Below are positions 1 through 10,345 of a stretch of DNA of 64,000 nt, one piece after another (position 1 is the stretch's first letter; each line of letters starts with the position of its first letter). The position numbers were made by a program, and so were the translations under genes. The notes beneath the pieces were generated by a model, which saw nothing but the letters and a program-made list of their open reading frames with translations, was not told the origin of the DNA and did no database searches. Source of the stretch: Planctomycetota bacterium (lineage in GTDB: Bacteria; Planctomycetota; B15-G4; JADJEK01); contig JBGAIQ010000003.1 of NCBI GenBank assembly GCA_044225365.1, positions 160,001 to 224,000 of the forward strand. Direction: 5' to 3'.

Positions 1-604
1 TCGGCGTCGCGAAGAACCAGAGCTGCAGGATGAGCCCGATGATCTGCGCCGTGTCGCGGATGAAGATGTTGAGCGCGCCGAGCAGGAGCCCGAGGCCGAG
101 CGTGAAGATCACCTGCAGCGGGATCGCGACGAGGAGGAGCCACCACGCGTGCGGAAGCCCGCCGAAGAACAGGAATTTCGCGACGATGAACAGCGCGAGC
201 GCGATCATCTCGTACACGAGGCCGACGATCACCGCGTAGACGGGCAGGAGCTGCGACGGGAACGCGATCTTCTTGACGAGATTCCCGTTCTCGAGGACCA
301 CTCCGGTGCATCGCAGCAGCGACTCGGAGAAGCAGATCCAGGGCACGATCCCGGAGATGATGTAGAGCCCCATCGTGCTCTCGTCGCCGACTTGGCGACC
401 CTGCATCATCATCCGCTGCTTCATGATCACGGCGAAGACGTAGTAGTACACCGCGAACAGGATCAGCGGGTTGAGGAGCGGCCACAACCGGCCGAGCAGG
501 GAGCCCTCGTAGCGGGCCTTCAGATCACGCCACACGAACGACCCGAGGAGGTCGCGATGGCGAACCATCAGGAGGGGCAGTTTCAGGAGTTCGGTGAATC
601 TCAC
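1..604 (-). CDS. ABC-2 type polysaccharide/teichoic-acid export permease (Wzm/TagG family), runs off the window edge
   Basis: Not in the ORF track. Manual translation from GTG at 604: MRFTELLKLPLLMVRHRDLLGSFVWRDLKARYEGSLLGRLWPLLNPLILFAVYYYVF...SGIVPWICFSESL...NGNLVKKIAFP...RDTAQIIGLILQLWFFATP, matching the RDLKxRY, LNPL, LVKKIxFP and FFATP Wzm motifs. Confidence 0.9.
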   Translation of the reverse strand, partial: MRFTELLKLPLLMVRHRDLLGSFVWRDLKARYEGSLLGRLWPLLNPLILFAVYYYVFAVIMKQRMMMQGRQVGDESTMGLYIISGIVPWICFSESLLRCTGVVLENGNLVKKIAFPSQLLPVYAVIVGLVYEMIALALFIVAKFLFFGGLPHAWWLLLVAIPLQVIFTLGLGLLLGALNIFIRDTAQIIGLILQLWFFATP

Positions 605-741
605 GGCGGCGGTTCGCGGGAAGGCAGAGTGGGACCTCTGCGAAAACGAGCAAGTCTAGCAGGGACAACGATCTGCTCATTCGTTTTCGGTCGAACCGAC
701 GTGAAGCTGTAATCAGGATGGCGCGGACAGGAAAGGCGTCG

Positions 742-3270
742 TCACCCCCGAACCGTGGTGGTCTCGCCCGGCTTCAGGGCCACCGAGATCCGGCGCAACT
801 CCTTCTGGTCCTTGTAGAGGACGAAGGTCGTCGCGCGATCCGACACGATCACGACGCCCGAGCGCCCTGCCGTGAGGGTCTGACTGCTCGAGATCTTCGT
901 CTCGCCCGATTGCTCGATCGTGAGATCGAGTGTCTTTCCCTGTTCGTCCTGCGCCGTGAAGTACGTCGCGGGATCGTTGGCCGGCAACTCGAGGAGGAAG
1001 TGACAACGCCGCTCCGCGACGATCTCGATCTCGCGCTCGCCCGCATCCGAGGGGATGGGGATCGCAATCGGCAGGATCGATTCGCTGCTCGCCGAGATCC
1101 GCGCTTCGAGCCGTGGCACGTCCGTGAGGACGAACCGCCCGTCCGCGCCGCTGTGCACCGTGCCGATCACGTTGTTGGAGGCGTTGACGCTTCCGAGGTA
1201 CGAAGCACGCCAGAACGTGACTTCGATCCCGACGAGCGCGTTCGCGATCGCATCGCCGTGGCGATCGACGATCCTGCCGCGAACCTTGTCGAAGCCGAGG
1301 TCCTTCGGCAGGTCGATCGTCGTGATCGGGCCGTCGGCAACGATCGGTGGCGTGCGATACGCGAATCCCCGGGTCGTGCTGACGATTCGCAGCACGTAGC
1401 TCTTGCGCGACAGACCGCGAAGTTCGAAGGAACCGCTCGCGTCCGTCTCGACGCTGTGACGGTATCCGCCGCTGAACTCCTCGGCGCTCAACATCTGGCC
1501 CTCGAAGAAGCCGAGGACGTCGAGTTCCGCCGTCTGCACGCTCACCTCGTTCGCGGGCGTTCCGTCGGCGTAGCGGACGATGCCGCGGATCGAAACCGAC
1601 GGGGGCCCCAGTTTCAAGGTCACGAAATCGCTCGGCGGATCGAGCGGCCATTTCATTTCGGCGGGAGTGGAGCCCTCGCGAATCGCCCGGATCGCTCCCG
1701 CCTTGTACGCCTGCTTCTTGTCGAGATCGAAGAACCCACGCTCGTCGGAGCGGTCGAACGCCATCCCGAGCATGACGCGCGCGCCTTCCACCGGTACGCC
1801 GAAGTCGTCGACGACCTGCCCGCGAACGCGGTCCTTGTCGCCCGCGGCCGGTCGTTCGAGGACGTACCGCAGAGTGCCGTCGGACGCCCCGGGCGCCTCC
1901 GTCACGAGCGTCGGATATCCGGTCGCCTCGACGATCATCCGCGATCCGGCGACGAGCGGCACCGAAACCAATGCGAATCGCCCGTCCTTGCCGGCCGTCG
2001 CGGAGATCCAGCTCTGGCGAGTGTTCTCGGTCGGCACGGGGATCGAGTCGCGGAACGTGCGCGGGATCTCGACCTGGAGCGACGCTCCGCCGATCGCCTC
2101 GCCGTCGTGGTCGACGACGTTGCCCGCGAGTTGGATTCGCGGCGCGAGCACGACGGCAGGGGCGATCTGCTGCGGCGCGACCTGGACGACGCCCTGGTAG
2201 AGCGTCGAGAACGCGGGATCGATTCCATCGACGACGCCCGCCGCCGACTTCGGGATCTCCGCGGCGAATCGACCCGCGGCGTCGGACTCGAACTTCACAG
2301 GGGGAGCGTCGTGCACGTTCGTCTGCTGGAACGCGAGCTGCGCACGCGGAAACGGCTTGCCCTGCACGTCGAAGACCTGACCCTCGAGACGCTTCGTCGC
2401 GACAGAGGCGGAAGGCTTCGGAGCTTCCGCGACGCGCTCGCCCGTCGGCACCGCGGCGCGTTCGGCGGGTGGGAGTTGCGGCGCCGATCCGCCCACGGTC
2501 GGCGGTTCGAGAATCGCGTCGGGCGCTCTCGCTGCGGTGGACTCATGGGCCGCGCCGCCGCTCCTCCCCATCGAATCGAACAGCACGTATCCCGCCGCTC
2601 CGACGAGCAACGCGACGACGACGAACACGACTTTCTGCTTCATGGCCATGGTGACGACTCCGGCGAGGGTCGACAGGAGGGCGGGCCCGAGAGTGGGCCG
2701 CGCGATCGCGATCAATGCCGGCAGGTACGTTCCACGATCTTGATTCGCCTGCGCGTCGAGCTTCGCAGCGAGCATCTCCTCCGCGCGGCGAAGGCGAGTC
2801 TTCACCGTCGCGACGGGGACGGACTCGTCCTGCGCGATCGCCGCCACCGAGTGATCCTCGTAGAAGCGCCGGAGCAGGACATCGCGATAGGGTGGAGGCA
2901 TTTCGAGAACGGCGTCGAGGATCACCCTGCGCAGTTCGAGCTGCTCGATCACTCCGCGCAGGGGCGAAGGTGCCGATGGATTCGCTCGACTCGCGTAGGC
3001 CGTCTCGCGCGCCCTGCGACGCGACTCACCACGGCGCATCTTGGAGATCACGTTCCGCAACGCGGTCGCCAGGAAGCCCCGACTCACAGGATTGCCGTCC
3101 TCCCGCGAATTCGTGCGGGAAGGCGGCGATCGTAGAACGGACAGCCAGGTCTCCTGGACCGCGTCCTCCGCGAGACTGGTGTCGCGCAGGAGGCGGCGCG
3201 AGAGATCGCGCAGCCAGCGGTCGTCCGCGTGCAGCAGCCGCGGGAGATCATGCGGTCTTGTCGATTCCAT
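742..3270 (-). CDS. ECF sigma-70 factor fused via a TM helix to carboxypeptidase-regulatory-like (beta-sandwich) repeats
   Basis: Region 2 LAEDAVQETW; region 4 ATVKTRLRRA; TM VVFVVVALLVGAAGYVLF; repeated GxVxDxxGxP...DxxGRF modules. Start moved to the ATG of MESTRPHD because the longer ORF overlaps iscS. Confidence 0.85.
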   Translation of the reverse strand: MESTRPHDLPRLLHADDRWLRDLSRRLLRDTSLAEDAVQETWLSVLRSPPSRTNSREDGNPVSRGFLATALRNVISKMRRGESRRRARETAYASRANPSAPSPLRGVIEQLELRRVILDAVLEMPPPYRDVLLRRFYEDHSVAAIAQDESVPVATVKTRLRRAEEMLAAKLDAQANQDRGTYLPALIAIARPTLGPALLSTLAGVVTMAMKQKVVFVVVALLVGAAGYVLFDSMGRSGGAAHESTAARAPDAILEPPTVGGSAPQLPPAERAAVPTGERVAEAPKPSASVATKRLEGQVFDVQGKPFPRAQLAFQQTNVHDAPPVKFESDAAGRFAAEIPKSAAGVVDGIDPAFSTLYQGVVQVAPQQIAPAVVLAPRIQLAGNVVDHDGEAIGGASLQVEIPRTFRDSIPVPTENTRQSWISATAGKDGRFALVSVPLVAGSRMIVEATGYPTLVTEAPGASDGTLRYVLERPAAGDKDRVRGQVVDDFGVPVEGARVMLGMAFDRSDERGFFDLDKKQAYKAGAIRAIREGSTPAEMKWPLDPPSDFVTLKLGPPSVSIRGIVRYADGTPANEVSVQTAELDVLGFFEGQMLSAEEFSGGYRHSVETDASGSFELRGLSRKSYVLRIVSTTRGFAYRTPPIVADGPITTIDLPKDLGFDKVRGRIVDRHGDAIANALVGIEVTFWRASYLGSVNASNNVIGTVHSGADGRFVLTDVPRLEARISASSESILPIAIPIPSDAGEREIEIVAERRCHFLLELPANDPATYFTAQDEQGKTLDLTIEQSGETKISSSQTLTAGRSGVVIVSDRATTFVLYKDQKELRRISVALKPGETTTVRG

Positions 3271-3384
3271 CACCGTAGGAAGCCCCACCGTTCGTTCCGA
3301 GGATTCAAGTTTTCTCGAGAATCCCGTGCGGACCATCCTACGTCGAACTCGCGGACATCGGCGCCGTGCGTTACGGTGCACCCG

Positions 3385-4527
3385 ATGTTCGCCTACCTCG
3401 ACAACGCCGCCACGACGCGGATCGATCCAAAGGTGCTCGCCGCGATGCGGCCGTGGCTCGAGGAGGATTTCGCCAATCCGTCGGCGGTCCATTCGATGGG
3501 CGTGAAGGCCCGCTGCGCGATCGAGGAAGCGCGCGAGCAGATCCAGAAGGCCGTGAAGCGCCGCGGTCGCGTGGTGTTCACGGGGTCGGGGACCGAGGCC
3601 AACAACCTCGCCGTGTTCGGCTTCTCCGACCGCAACGGCGATCTCCTCGTCGCATCCGCGGTCGAACATCCCTCGATCAAGAAGCCGCTCGCGGCACTTG
3701 CGGAACGACGCTCCTGCCAAGCGATCCTGGCGCCCGTCCAACGCGACGGCCGCCTCGATCTCCATTGTCTTTCCGAGATCCTCACCGAGAAGACCCTGCT
3801 CGTCGCGCTCATGAGCGTGCAGAACGAGATCGGCAGCATCCAGCCGATCATGGAGGCGGCGCGGATCGTCCGCAGCAAGGCGCCGCGCGCGCACTTCCAC
3901 GTCGACGCCATCCAGGCGCTCGGCAAGCTCGATCTCTCGGGCATCGCCGCCGCAGCGGACTCGCTCTCGCTCTCGTCGCACAAGATCCATGGACCGAAGG
4001 GCGTCGGCGCACTCGTCGTCTTCGCCACCCGCCCGATCAAACCGCAGATCCTCGGCGGCGGTCAGGAATCGGGCGCTCGGTCGGGCACGGAGAACGTACC
4101 GGGAATCGTCGGCTTCGCGGAAGCGACCCGCATTGCCGATTCGTCGCTCGGCGCGACGAAGGACCATCTTCGTCGGCTTCGAACCGCGCTCGAAGCCGCG
4201 ATCCGGGCGATTCCCGATTCACTCTTCCTGCCTTTGGAGCGCGCGGCGGGTCTCAAATCGGACGCGATCGTGACCTGCGCGTTCCGCGGCGTGCGCGGCG
4301 AAACGCTGCAACATGCCCTCGAGTCGCGAGGCGTCGTCGTCGGGACCGGTTCGGCGTGCAACGCCGCGAAGTCGGCGTTGTCCCCCACCTACGAAGCGAT
4401 GGATCTGCCCGAGTACGCCTCGCGCGGTGCGATCCGCATCAGCCTCTCGCGGCTCACCACGGAAGATGAGGTCGCACTCCTCGCGCGGGAGTTGCCCCCG
4501 ACACTCGAAAAACTGCGCGCCGAATAG
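3385..4527 (+). CDS. iscS: Cysteine desulfurase (IscS/NifS class I)
   Basis: YLDNAATT, ANPS, FTGSGTEANN, EHPS, PLP lysine in SSHKIHGPKG, catalytic Cys in GTGSAC. Confidence 0.93.
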   Translation: MFAYLDNAATTRIDPKVLAAMRPWLEEDFANPSAVHSMGVKARCAIEEAREQIQKAVKRRGRVVFTGSGTEANNLAVFGFSDRNGDLLVASAVEHPSIKKPLAALAERRSCQAILAPVQRDGRLDLHCLSEILTEKTLLVALMSVQNEIGSIQPIMEAARIVRSKAPRAHFHVDAIQALGKLDLSGIAAAADSLSLSSHKIHGPKGVGALVVFATRPIKPQILGGGQESGARSGTENVPGIVGFAEATRIADSSLGATKDHLRRLRTALEAAIRAIPDSLFLPLERAAGLKSDAIVTCAFRGVRGETLQHALESRGVVVGTGSACNAAKSALSPTYEAMDLPEYASRGAIRISLSRLTTEDEVALLARELPPTLEKLRAE

Positions 4528-4544
4528 AACCCGAAGGACCACCC

Positions 4545-5747
4545 TTGCCCACTCCCATCCTCATCGTCCGTTACGGCGAGATCGCACTGAAGGGACAGAA
4601 TCGCGGCGAGTTCGAGCGAAGGCTGCGCACGGCCCTCAAGGTCGCTTTGCGCGGCATCGACCACGGACCCATCGAGCGACCGCGGGGACGAATCCTCGTG
4701 CGTGGGATGACCGACCTCGCGGCCGCCGCGGAGACGGCGAATCGCGCGAGTCGAGTCTTCGGCGTCGTGTCGACGAGCCATGGGCTCGTGACTCCGCTCT
4801 CCATCGAGGCGATCCAGCAGGCGGCGACCGAACTCGTCGGCGCGACCCTCGAACGGCGCGGCGCGCCGGATGGATCGGGCCTCACGATGCGCGTCGAGAC
4901 CAAACGCGCGAACAAGAACTTCCCGAAGAACTCGATGGCCGTGACGCTCGACGTCGCGAACGCGATCATGACCCGCTTCACGAAGTTCGGCGTGAAGATG
5001 AAAGAGCCCGATCTCACGATCGGCGTCGAAGTCCTCGATCGTGAAGCGCTCGTCTTCATCGAACGCCTGAAGGGCCCGGGTGGACTCCCGCTCGCGAGTC
5101 AGGGACGCGGGATCGCGCTGCTCTCGGGCGGCATCGATTCGCCCGTAGCCGCCTGGCTCGCGATGAAGCGCGGAGTGCTCGTCGAATGCGCTTACTTCCA
5201 TTCGGCACCCTACGTCGGCGAGGCGAGCAAACAGAAGGCGATCGATCTCGCGCGAGCGCTCGCCGCGTACTCGGGAGCGATGCGACTCCACATCCTGCCG
5301 CTCTCCGACATCCAGGTCGCGATCAAGGCCGCAGCGCCCGAGAGCTATCGCACGCTGTTGTATCGCCGCGCGATGAACCGCATCATCGCGGCGACGCGCG
5401 AGTTCGATTCGTGCCGTTGCATCATCACCGGAGAATCGCTCGGTCAGGTCGCGAGCCAGACCGTCGACAATCTGACGTGCATCGAAGCGGCGGCCGATCG
5501 GATCGTCCTGCGGCCATTGATCGCCTTCGACAAGGAAGAGACGATGGCGCTCGCGCGGCGCATCGGCACGCTGTCGATCAGCGAACGCCCACATCCCGAC
5601 TGCTGCACGCTCTTCCAGCCGTCGCGACCGAAGATCCGCGGCGAGCTGACGGACCTCGAGCGCATCGAGAGCACGATCGACCTGCCCGCTCTCGTCGCCG
5701 CGGCCGCGGCGGCACGTGAGACGATCGTGCTTCGCGGCGCGAATTGA
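4545..5747 (+). CDS. thiI: tRNA 4-thiouridine synthase (THUMP + PP-loop, no rhodanese domain)
   Basis: VRYGEIALKGQNR, GPGGLP, PP-loop LLSGGIDSPVA, TGESLGQVASQT, PDCC; TTG start. Confidence 0.95.
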   Translation: MPTPILIVRYGEIALKGQNRGEFERRLRTALKVALRGIDHGPIERPRGRILVRGMTDLAAAAETANRASRVFGVVSTSHGLVTPLSIEAIQQAATELVGATLERRGAPDGSGLTMRVETKRANKNFPKNSMAVTLDVANAIMTRFTKFGVKMKEPDLTIGVEVLDREALVFIERLKGPGGLPLASQGRGIALLSGGIDSPVAAWLAMKRGVLVECAYFHSAPYVGEASKQKAIDLARALAAYSGAMRLHILPLSDIQVAIKAAAPESYRTLLYRRAMNRIIAATREFDSCRCIITGESLGQVASQTVDNLTCIEAAADRIVLRPLIAFDKEETMALARRIGTLSISERPHPDCCTLFQPSRPKIRGELTDLERIESTIDLPALVAAAAAARETIVLRGAN

Positions 5748-5840
5748 ACGAACGAAGTTCGCGCCTTCCCGTACAGCGATCGCCGCGATAAGTTCGCGGC
5801 CGTCCGTCACCGGTCGATTCGCGTTCCATCGAGATCCAAC

Positions 5841-6713
5841 ATGCCGCCCCGAGAATCGCCGCTCGCCCTGCCCGTGAAGAGCTGCACGTTCGTCGCGTTC
5901 GATACCGAGACCACGGGGATCGGACCCGGTGCACGCCTCGTCGAGATCGCGGGGTCGAAGTTCAAGATCGGCGACGACATTTCGAGCATCGAGAAATTCG
6001 AGATGCTCATCGACCCGGAAGTGACGATGTCCGAGGAGGTCATCGCAGTCCATCAGATCACCGACGAGATGGTGCGCGGCCAGCCGCGGGCCGGTGAAGT
6101 CTTGAGACGGTTCTTCGATTTCGCGGCGGATGCGATCTTGATCGCGCACAACGCGGCGTTCGACGCCTCGGTGATCGGACTCGAGCTGACGCGCAATCGG
6201 CTTCCCGCTCCGCAGAACCTCATCCTCGACTCGCTGAAGATGGCGCGGCGATCGTACCCCGGTAACTCCCACTCCCTCGACGCCTTGATCGACCTCCTCG
6301 GTCTGCCGGTTCCGGCGGAGCGTCACCGTGCGTTCGCCGACGCCGATGTCCTGCGGCACCTCCTGCCGAAGTTGATCGAGGCGATCGGCGACGAGAACCT
6401 CGACCTGAAACGACTCGCCGAGTCGAGCGGTCGCGCCGAGACGTTCTCCGAGTACCTCTTGCCCTTCCCGCCGCTCGCGCCGCCCCTGCGCTTCCTCGAA
6501 TCGGCTTGTCGCGAGGGCACCAAGACGAACCTGCACATCGACGGCGGCGGAACCAAGCCGAAGCAGCAGGTCGTCACACCGCGCCTCGTCTACGACTGGA
6601 AGGGCGTGCTCTACCTCGAGGCGTTCGTCCCGGAAGAGCGGACGGTGAAGACCTTCCGCGTCGACAAGATCGTGAAGGCCGAGAAGGGCGCGTCGAGCGG
6701 CTTCCTGTTCTGA
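5841..6713 (+). CDS. DEDDh 3'-5' exonuclease (DnaQ-like) with C-terminal WYL domain
   Basis: ExoI FDTETTG, ExoII AHNAAFD, ExoIII HRAFADA; C-terminal VTPRLVYDWKGVLYLEAF...KTFRVDKI resembles WYL. Confidence 0.85.
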   Translation: MPPRESPLALPVKSCTFVAFDTETTGIGPGARLVEIAGSKFKIGDDISSIEKFEMLIDPEVTMSEEVIAVHQITDEMVRGQPRAGEVLRRFFDFAADAILIAHNAAFDASVIGLELTRNRLPAPQNLILDSLKMARRSYPGNSHSLDALIDLLGLPVPAERHRAFADADVLRHLLPKLIEAIGDENLDLKRLAESSGRAETFSEYLLPFPPLAPPLRFLESACREGTKTNLHIDGGGTKPKQQVVTPRLVYDWKGVLYLEAFVPEERTVKTFRVDKIVKAEKGASSGFLF

Positions 6714-6722
6714 CCCGAGCGA

Positions 6723-7043
6723 TCAGTCGCCGAACAGTTCGTCGAACGGGTTGCGCGGCTTCTCGTCGGGGCGCTGCTCTGCCTTCTTCTTCGCCTGTTC
6801 GAACGCGGCGTCGAGCTTCTGCTTGCTCTTCTCCACCGCCTTCACGGCGTCCTTGAACACGTCGTCGCCGCCCGCCTGCTTCTGCTTCAGGCGCTCGAAA
6901 GCGTCCTCGAGCTTCTTCACCGGCGCGCGCTGATGGCGCCTCGGCTCCCCCTTCTTCCCGTGATCGAGGATCTCGCCGCTCTCGAGATCGATGAGGATCC
7001 AGCCATTGCATGTCGGACAGTCGATCTCGTGTTCGCGAAGCAT
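6723..7043 (-). CDS. Small hypothetical protein, N-terminal CxxC beta-hairpin plus charged helical tail
   Basis: IDCPTCNGWILIDLESGEIL; KLDAAFEQAKKKA; codon usage fits the genome. Confidence 0.7.
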   Translation of the reverse strand: MLREHEIDCPTCNGWILIDLESGEILDHGKKGEPRRHQRAPVKKLEDAFERLKQKQAGGDDVFKDAVKAVEKSKQKLDAAFEQAKKKAEQRPDEKPRNPFDELFGD

Positions 7044-7135
7044 CTCGAGCCTCCGTCGGTTGCCGGAATCGTAGATCGCGGGTAGAACGTGCGCAACGCA
7101 CGTCGTCCCCCGACACGAAGACCTCCCTCGAACTC

Positions 7136-8494
7136 ATGGACGATTCCTCCGCCGAAAAACCTCCAGGTGAGGGCGAAGCCGGCGCTCGGAGCGGCCCGTT
7201 CGCGGAACTCGGCGAAGGCGTCGCTCCGCGCGCCGTCCCTCGGCTCGTGATTCCCGCGGCGTTGATCGCCATCGTGTTCCATCTCGTCTTCCTGAAGCTC
7301 GTCGGGCACTTCCTGCCACGCGCCGACTACGGCGCGATCGTCGCCGGCACGTTCCTTCTCTACGCCGTCGCCTATCCCACCTTCGCGATCCTAGGCGTCG
7401 GCGCCGCGCTCGCTCTTTCCACCCGTCGCGACGGGGAGCCGCCGATCTCGCCTCTCGCCGCGTTCGACCGCCTCACGATCCGCATCGTGCTTGCCGCGCT
7501 CGCGATCGCGTTCGTGATGACGTTGATTCCCGTCGAGAAGGTGCTGAAGCTCCCGAATCAATCCTTCGCGGCCGTGATGCCCCTCCTCGCGTCGGCCGTC
7601 GTCCTCGAAGCCGCCGCGGTCGGTGCGCTCCTCGGCGCAGGATGCGAGAGGTCCTTCGCGTCGGCCCTCGTCTGCAGTCCGGCTCTGCGCATGGCCATCG
7701 CCTTCACCGCGTTCAGCTATGGCGTCGGATCGTTCGCGCCGCTCATCGCCATTCTCCTCGCTTCGACGCTCACCGCTGCGATCGCGCGGGCACGACTCGC
7801 CCGCTCGATCGCGGCCTTCGCGCCGAGTCCGATCTCCGCCCATCGCGAGCAGTCGCCGTTCGCGGCGTTGTATTCGATCCCGGCGATGGGAGCGCTGCTG
7901 GCGTTCGGCCTCTTCGTGCACGCGGACATCGTCCTCGTACGGATCCGACTCTCGGCCGACGACGCCGCCGGATACTCCGCACTCGCCGCCATCGGTCGCA
8001 TCGGCCAGCTCCTGACGCTCCCGATCGCGTTCAACCTGTTCATCCGAACGCGGCGCGCGCTCGCGCAGCGTCGCAGCACCGCCGGCCAACTCGCCCGCGC
8101 CGTGATCGCGACCGCCCTCCTCCACGGGGTGATCCTCGCGCTCGTCTCGGTGCGGCCGGACGTGCCGTTCACGTTGTTCGTCGACTCGACGATCTATCGC
8201 GACGTCGTGAACGAACTCCCCCACTACGCGATCGCCTGCGCCGTGTACTCCCTCGCCCAGATCGTGCTGTTCTACGGGCTCGCGTTCGACCGCGTCTGGC
8301 TGTACCTGCTCCCGCTCGGATACCTGCCGCTCGCGATCAACCTCGTGCTGCGCAACGCCGATGGCGTCGACAACTGCGTGACGGCGGCGCAAGCGCAGTC
8401 GATCCTGTTCGCATCGAGCCTTGCCATCCTGGTCGGCGCGTTCACGTTGTTCCTGCCGTGGTGGCTCCGTCGCATCGGCATCGCCAAACGGTAG
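7136..8494 (+). CDS. Wzx/MATE-like oligosaccharide flippase family membrane protein
   Basis: About 12 hydrophobic segments; LPRADYG and HADIVLVRIRLSADDAAGYSALAAIGR motifs typical of polysaccharide flippases. Confidence 0.65.
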   Translation: MDDSSAEKPPGEGEAGARSGPFAELGEGVAPRAVPRLVIPAALIAIVFHLVFLKLVGHFLPRADYGAIVAGTFLLYAVAYPTFAILGVGAALALSTRRDGEPPISPLAAFDRLTIRIVLAALAIAFVMTLIPVEKVLKLPNQSFAAVMPLLASAVVLEAAAVGALLGAGCERSFASALVCSPALRMAIAFTAFSYGVGSFAPLIAILLASTLTAAIARARLARSIAAFAPSPISAHREQSPFAALYSIPAMGALLAFGLFVHADIVLVRIRLSADDAAGYSALAAIGRIGQLLTLPIAFNLFIRTRRALAQRRSTAGQLARAVIATALLHGVILALVSVRPDVPFTLFVDSTIYRDVVNELPHYAIACAVYSLAQIVLFYGLAFDRVWLYLLPLGYLPLAINLVLRNADGVDNCVTAAQAQSILFASSLAILVGAFTLFLPWWLRRIGIAKR

Positions 8495-8511
8495 CCCTGT
8501 CGGGCACTCGC

Positions 8512-10257
8512 TCAGTCCTTCTTGCGTTCGATGACGCTCTTCCCGGAGATGAGGAACGCTCGCCCGACCCGCGGTCCTTGCAACGCACTCCACGCCGACG
8601 TGACGAGGAGATCGGAGACGCCATCGCCATCGACGTCGCCCAGCCCGACCGAGTCGAACCCGAGCGTGTCGCCCGGCTGCTTGCTGGTGATCGTCCCGAG
8701 CGGAGCGGCGTCCTTCCCCGAGTAGAGGTAGATCCGCCCGGCGTTCCGCCCACCGCTCGACTCGTTCCACGCTCCGACCGCGAGGTCCGGTACTCCATCA
8801 CCGTCGAGTTCGCCCGCATCCGAAGGCGACGTCGCGAACCCGTCTCCGCCATGCTCGCCGGAAAGCGCATAGATCAGCGATCCATCGGCCCCGGAAATCG
8901 CGTATTGACGCCCCGTTTGAGGCCCCTTGCCCTGGTGCTGGAAATCGGAGACGAGGATGTCGGTCACTCCGTCGCCGTCGAGATCGCCGGGGAGCGCGGC
9001 GAAGGCGCGGCCGAGCTGGACGCATCCGGAATCGCCGTCGAAGGTGTAGCTCTCCTCGGGCTTGCCACTCGCGAGGAGATACACGTAGACGCGGCCATGT
9101 TTGCTCGATCCTCCCATGGCTGCGCCGACCACGAGCTGTCGAGGCTTCGAATGCTCTTCCGCCGCGATCGCGCTCCCGAATTGATCTCCGGCCGCCGTAC
9201 CGTGGAGTTCGAAGAGCACCGCCCCGCTCGCGCCAGAATACGCCGTGACGACGCCCTCCCCCTTCTCCCCACCCGCAGGAGCCGAGACGACGACGTCGCC
9301 GTGACCGTCGCCGTCGACGTCACCGATGCCAGCGCACTCGGTGCCGAAGCCATCGTCCTTGCTCTTCCCGACGAGATGGAGCAACGTCGTGCCATCCTTG
9401 CCTGAATAGACGTACGCCGCGCCGGGCTTCCCGTCGGGCGTGCCGTGCGGCGCACCGACGATGACGTCGTCGGTGCCGTCGGCGTTCACGTCGAAGGCGC
9501 TCGCGGTGCCGTTGCCGAGGAATTCGTTCGTCTCGCCATCCTTCTGGAAGAGCAGCTTCCCGCTCTTGCTCGAGTAGACGTAGATGCGACCGCCGACACC
9601 ATGCGTGGGCGCCGTCGACACGAAGTCCGACGCCCCGTCGTGATCGAGATCGCCGACTCGCCGCGCCACCCATCCGAATTGGTCGTTCTCCGCTTCGCCG
9701 TTCCAGGTATGGAGGATCGTCACCGGCTCGACGAAGAGCGCCGCGCCCTCGATGACGTCGGGCAGGAGCTTCGCAAACCTCGCGTCGGCGTGGACGACTT
9801 TCAGATCCGGATCCTCGAGCGCGAGCGCGCGATCGGAGAATCCCGCCTCTCGCGCGGCCGCGAACGAGGCGATCACGGCTTCTCGAGAATCCTTCCCTCT
9901 CCGCGCAAGAATTCGACAGCGCTCGAACAGAGCATCACCCTTCCATCGCTCAGGTGAATTCGGACGGTTCGAACCGGTGGACTTCGCTGCTTCGTCGCAC
10001 GCCGCAAGCGCCGAGTCGAACTCGCCAAGGGCCTTCTCCGCGCGAGCGAGCAGGAGCCACGCTTCGCGATCCTCGGCGTCCTTCGCGACGATCGCGACCA
10101 GAGTCGCTTTCGCCTTCGCAGGTGCCTGCGCGCGGAGTTGCTGCTTGGCCTGCGCGATCTGCTGGTCGCGGACGCTGTCATCCTGTTGCGCGAGACCGAG
10201 ACAAGAGAGCACGAACCAGCACGAACACAACGAAACCGCGGATCGATGCAGTGGCAT
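8512..10257 (-). CDS. Secreted TPR + FG-GAP (integrin-alpha-like beta-propeller) protein
   Basis: Signal peptide; TPR helices; about 6-7 repeats of FG...GDLDGDGxxDxxVGA...GRxYVYSG. Confidence 0.88.
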   Translation of the reverse strand: MPLHRSAVSLCSCWFVLSCLGLAQQDDSVRDQQIAQAKQQLRAQAPAKAKATLVAIVAKDAEDREAWLLLARAEKALGEFDSALAACDEAAKSTGSNRPNSPERWKGDALFERCRILARRGKDSREAVIASFAAAREAGFSDRALALEDPDLKVVHADARFAKLLPDVIEGAALFVEPVTILHTWNGEAENDQFGWVARRVGDLDHDGASDFVSTAPTHGVGGRIYVYSSKSGKLLFQKDGETNEFLGNGTASAFDVNADGTDDVIVGAPHGTPDGKPGAAYVYSGKDGTTLLHLVGKSKDDGFGTECAGIGDVDGDGHGDVVVSAPAGGEKGEGVVTAYSGASGAVLFELHGTAAGDQFGSAIAAEEHSKPRQLVVGAAMGGSSKHGRVYVYLLASGKPEESYTFDGDSGCVQLGRAFAALPGDLDGDGVTDILVSDFQHQGKGPQTGRQYAISGADGSLIYALSGEHGGDGFATSPSDAGELDGDGVPDLAVGAWNESSGGRNAGRIYLYSGKDAAPLGTITSKQPGDTLGFDSVGLGDVDGDGVSDLLVTSAWSALQGPRVGRAFLISGKSVIERKKD

Positions 10258-10345
10258 TCCACTCGCTCCTTCACGTCGCAGCGACGTGAAGACGAACGTG
10301 CGACGGAATCGTTGGGGCCAATTCGCGAACGAATCCGCGACGAGC

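Noticed and set aside
3271-4167. N-terminal extension of the 742..4167 ORF
   Set aside because: It is the antisense of iscS. The sigma domain begins at MESTRPHD (3270).
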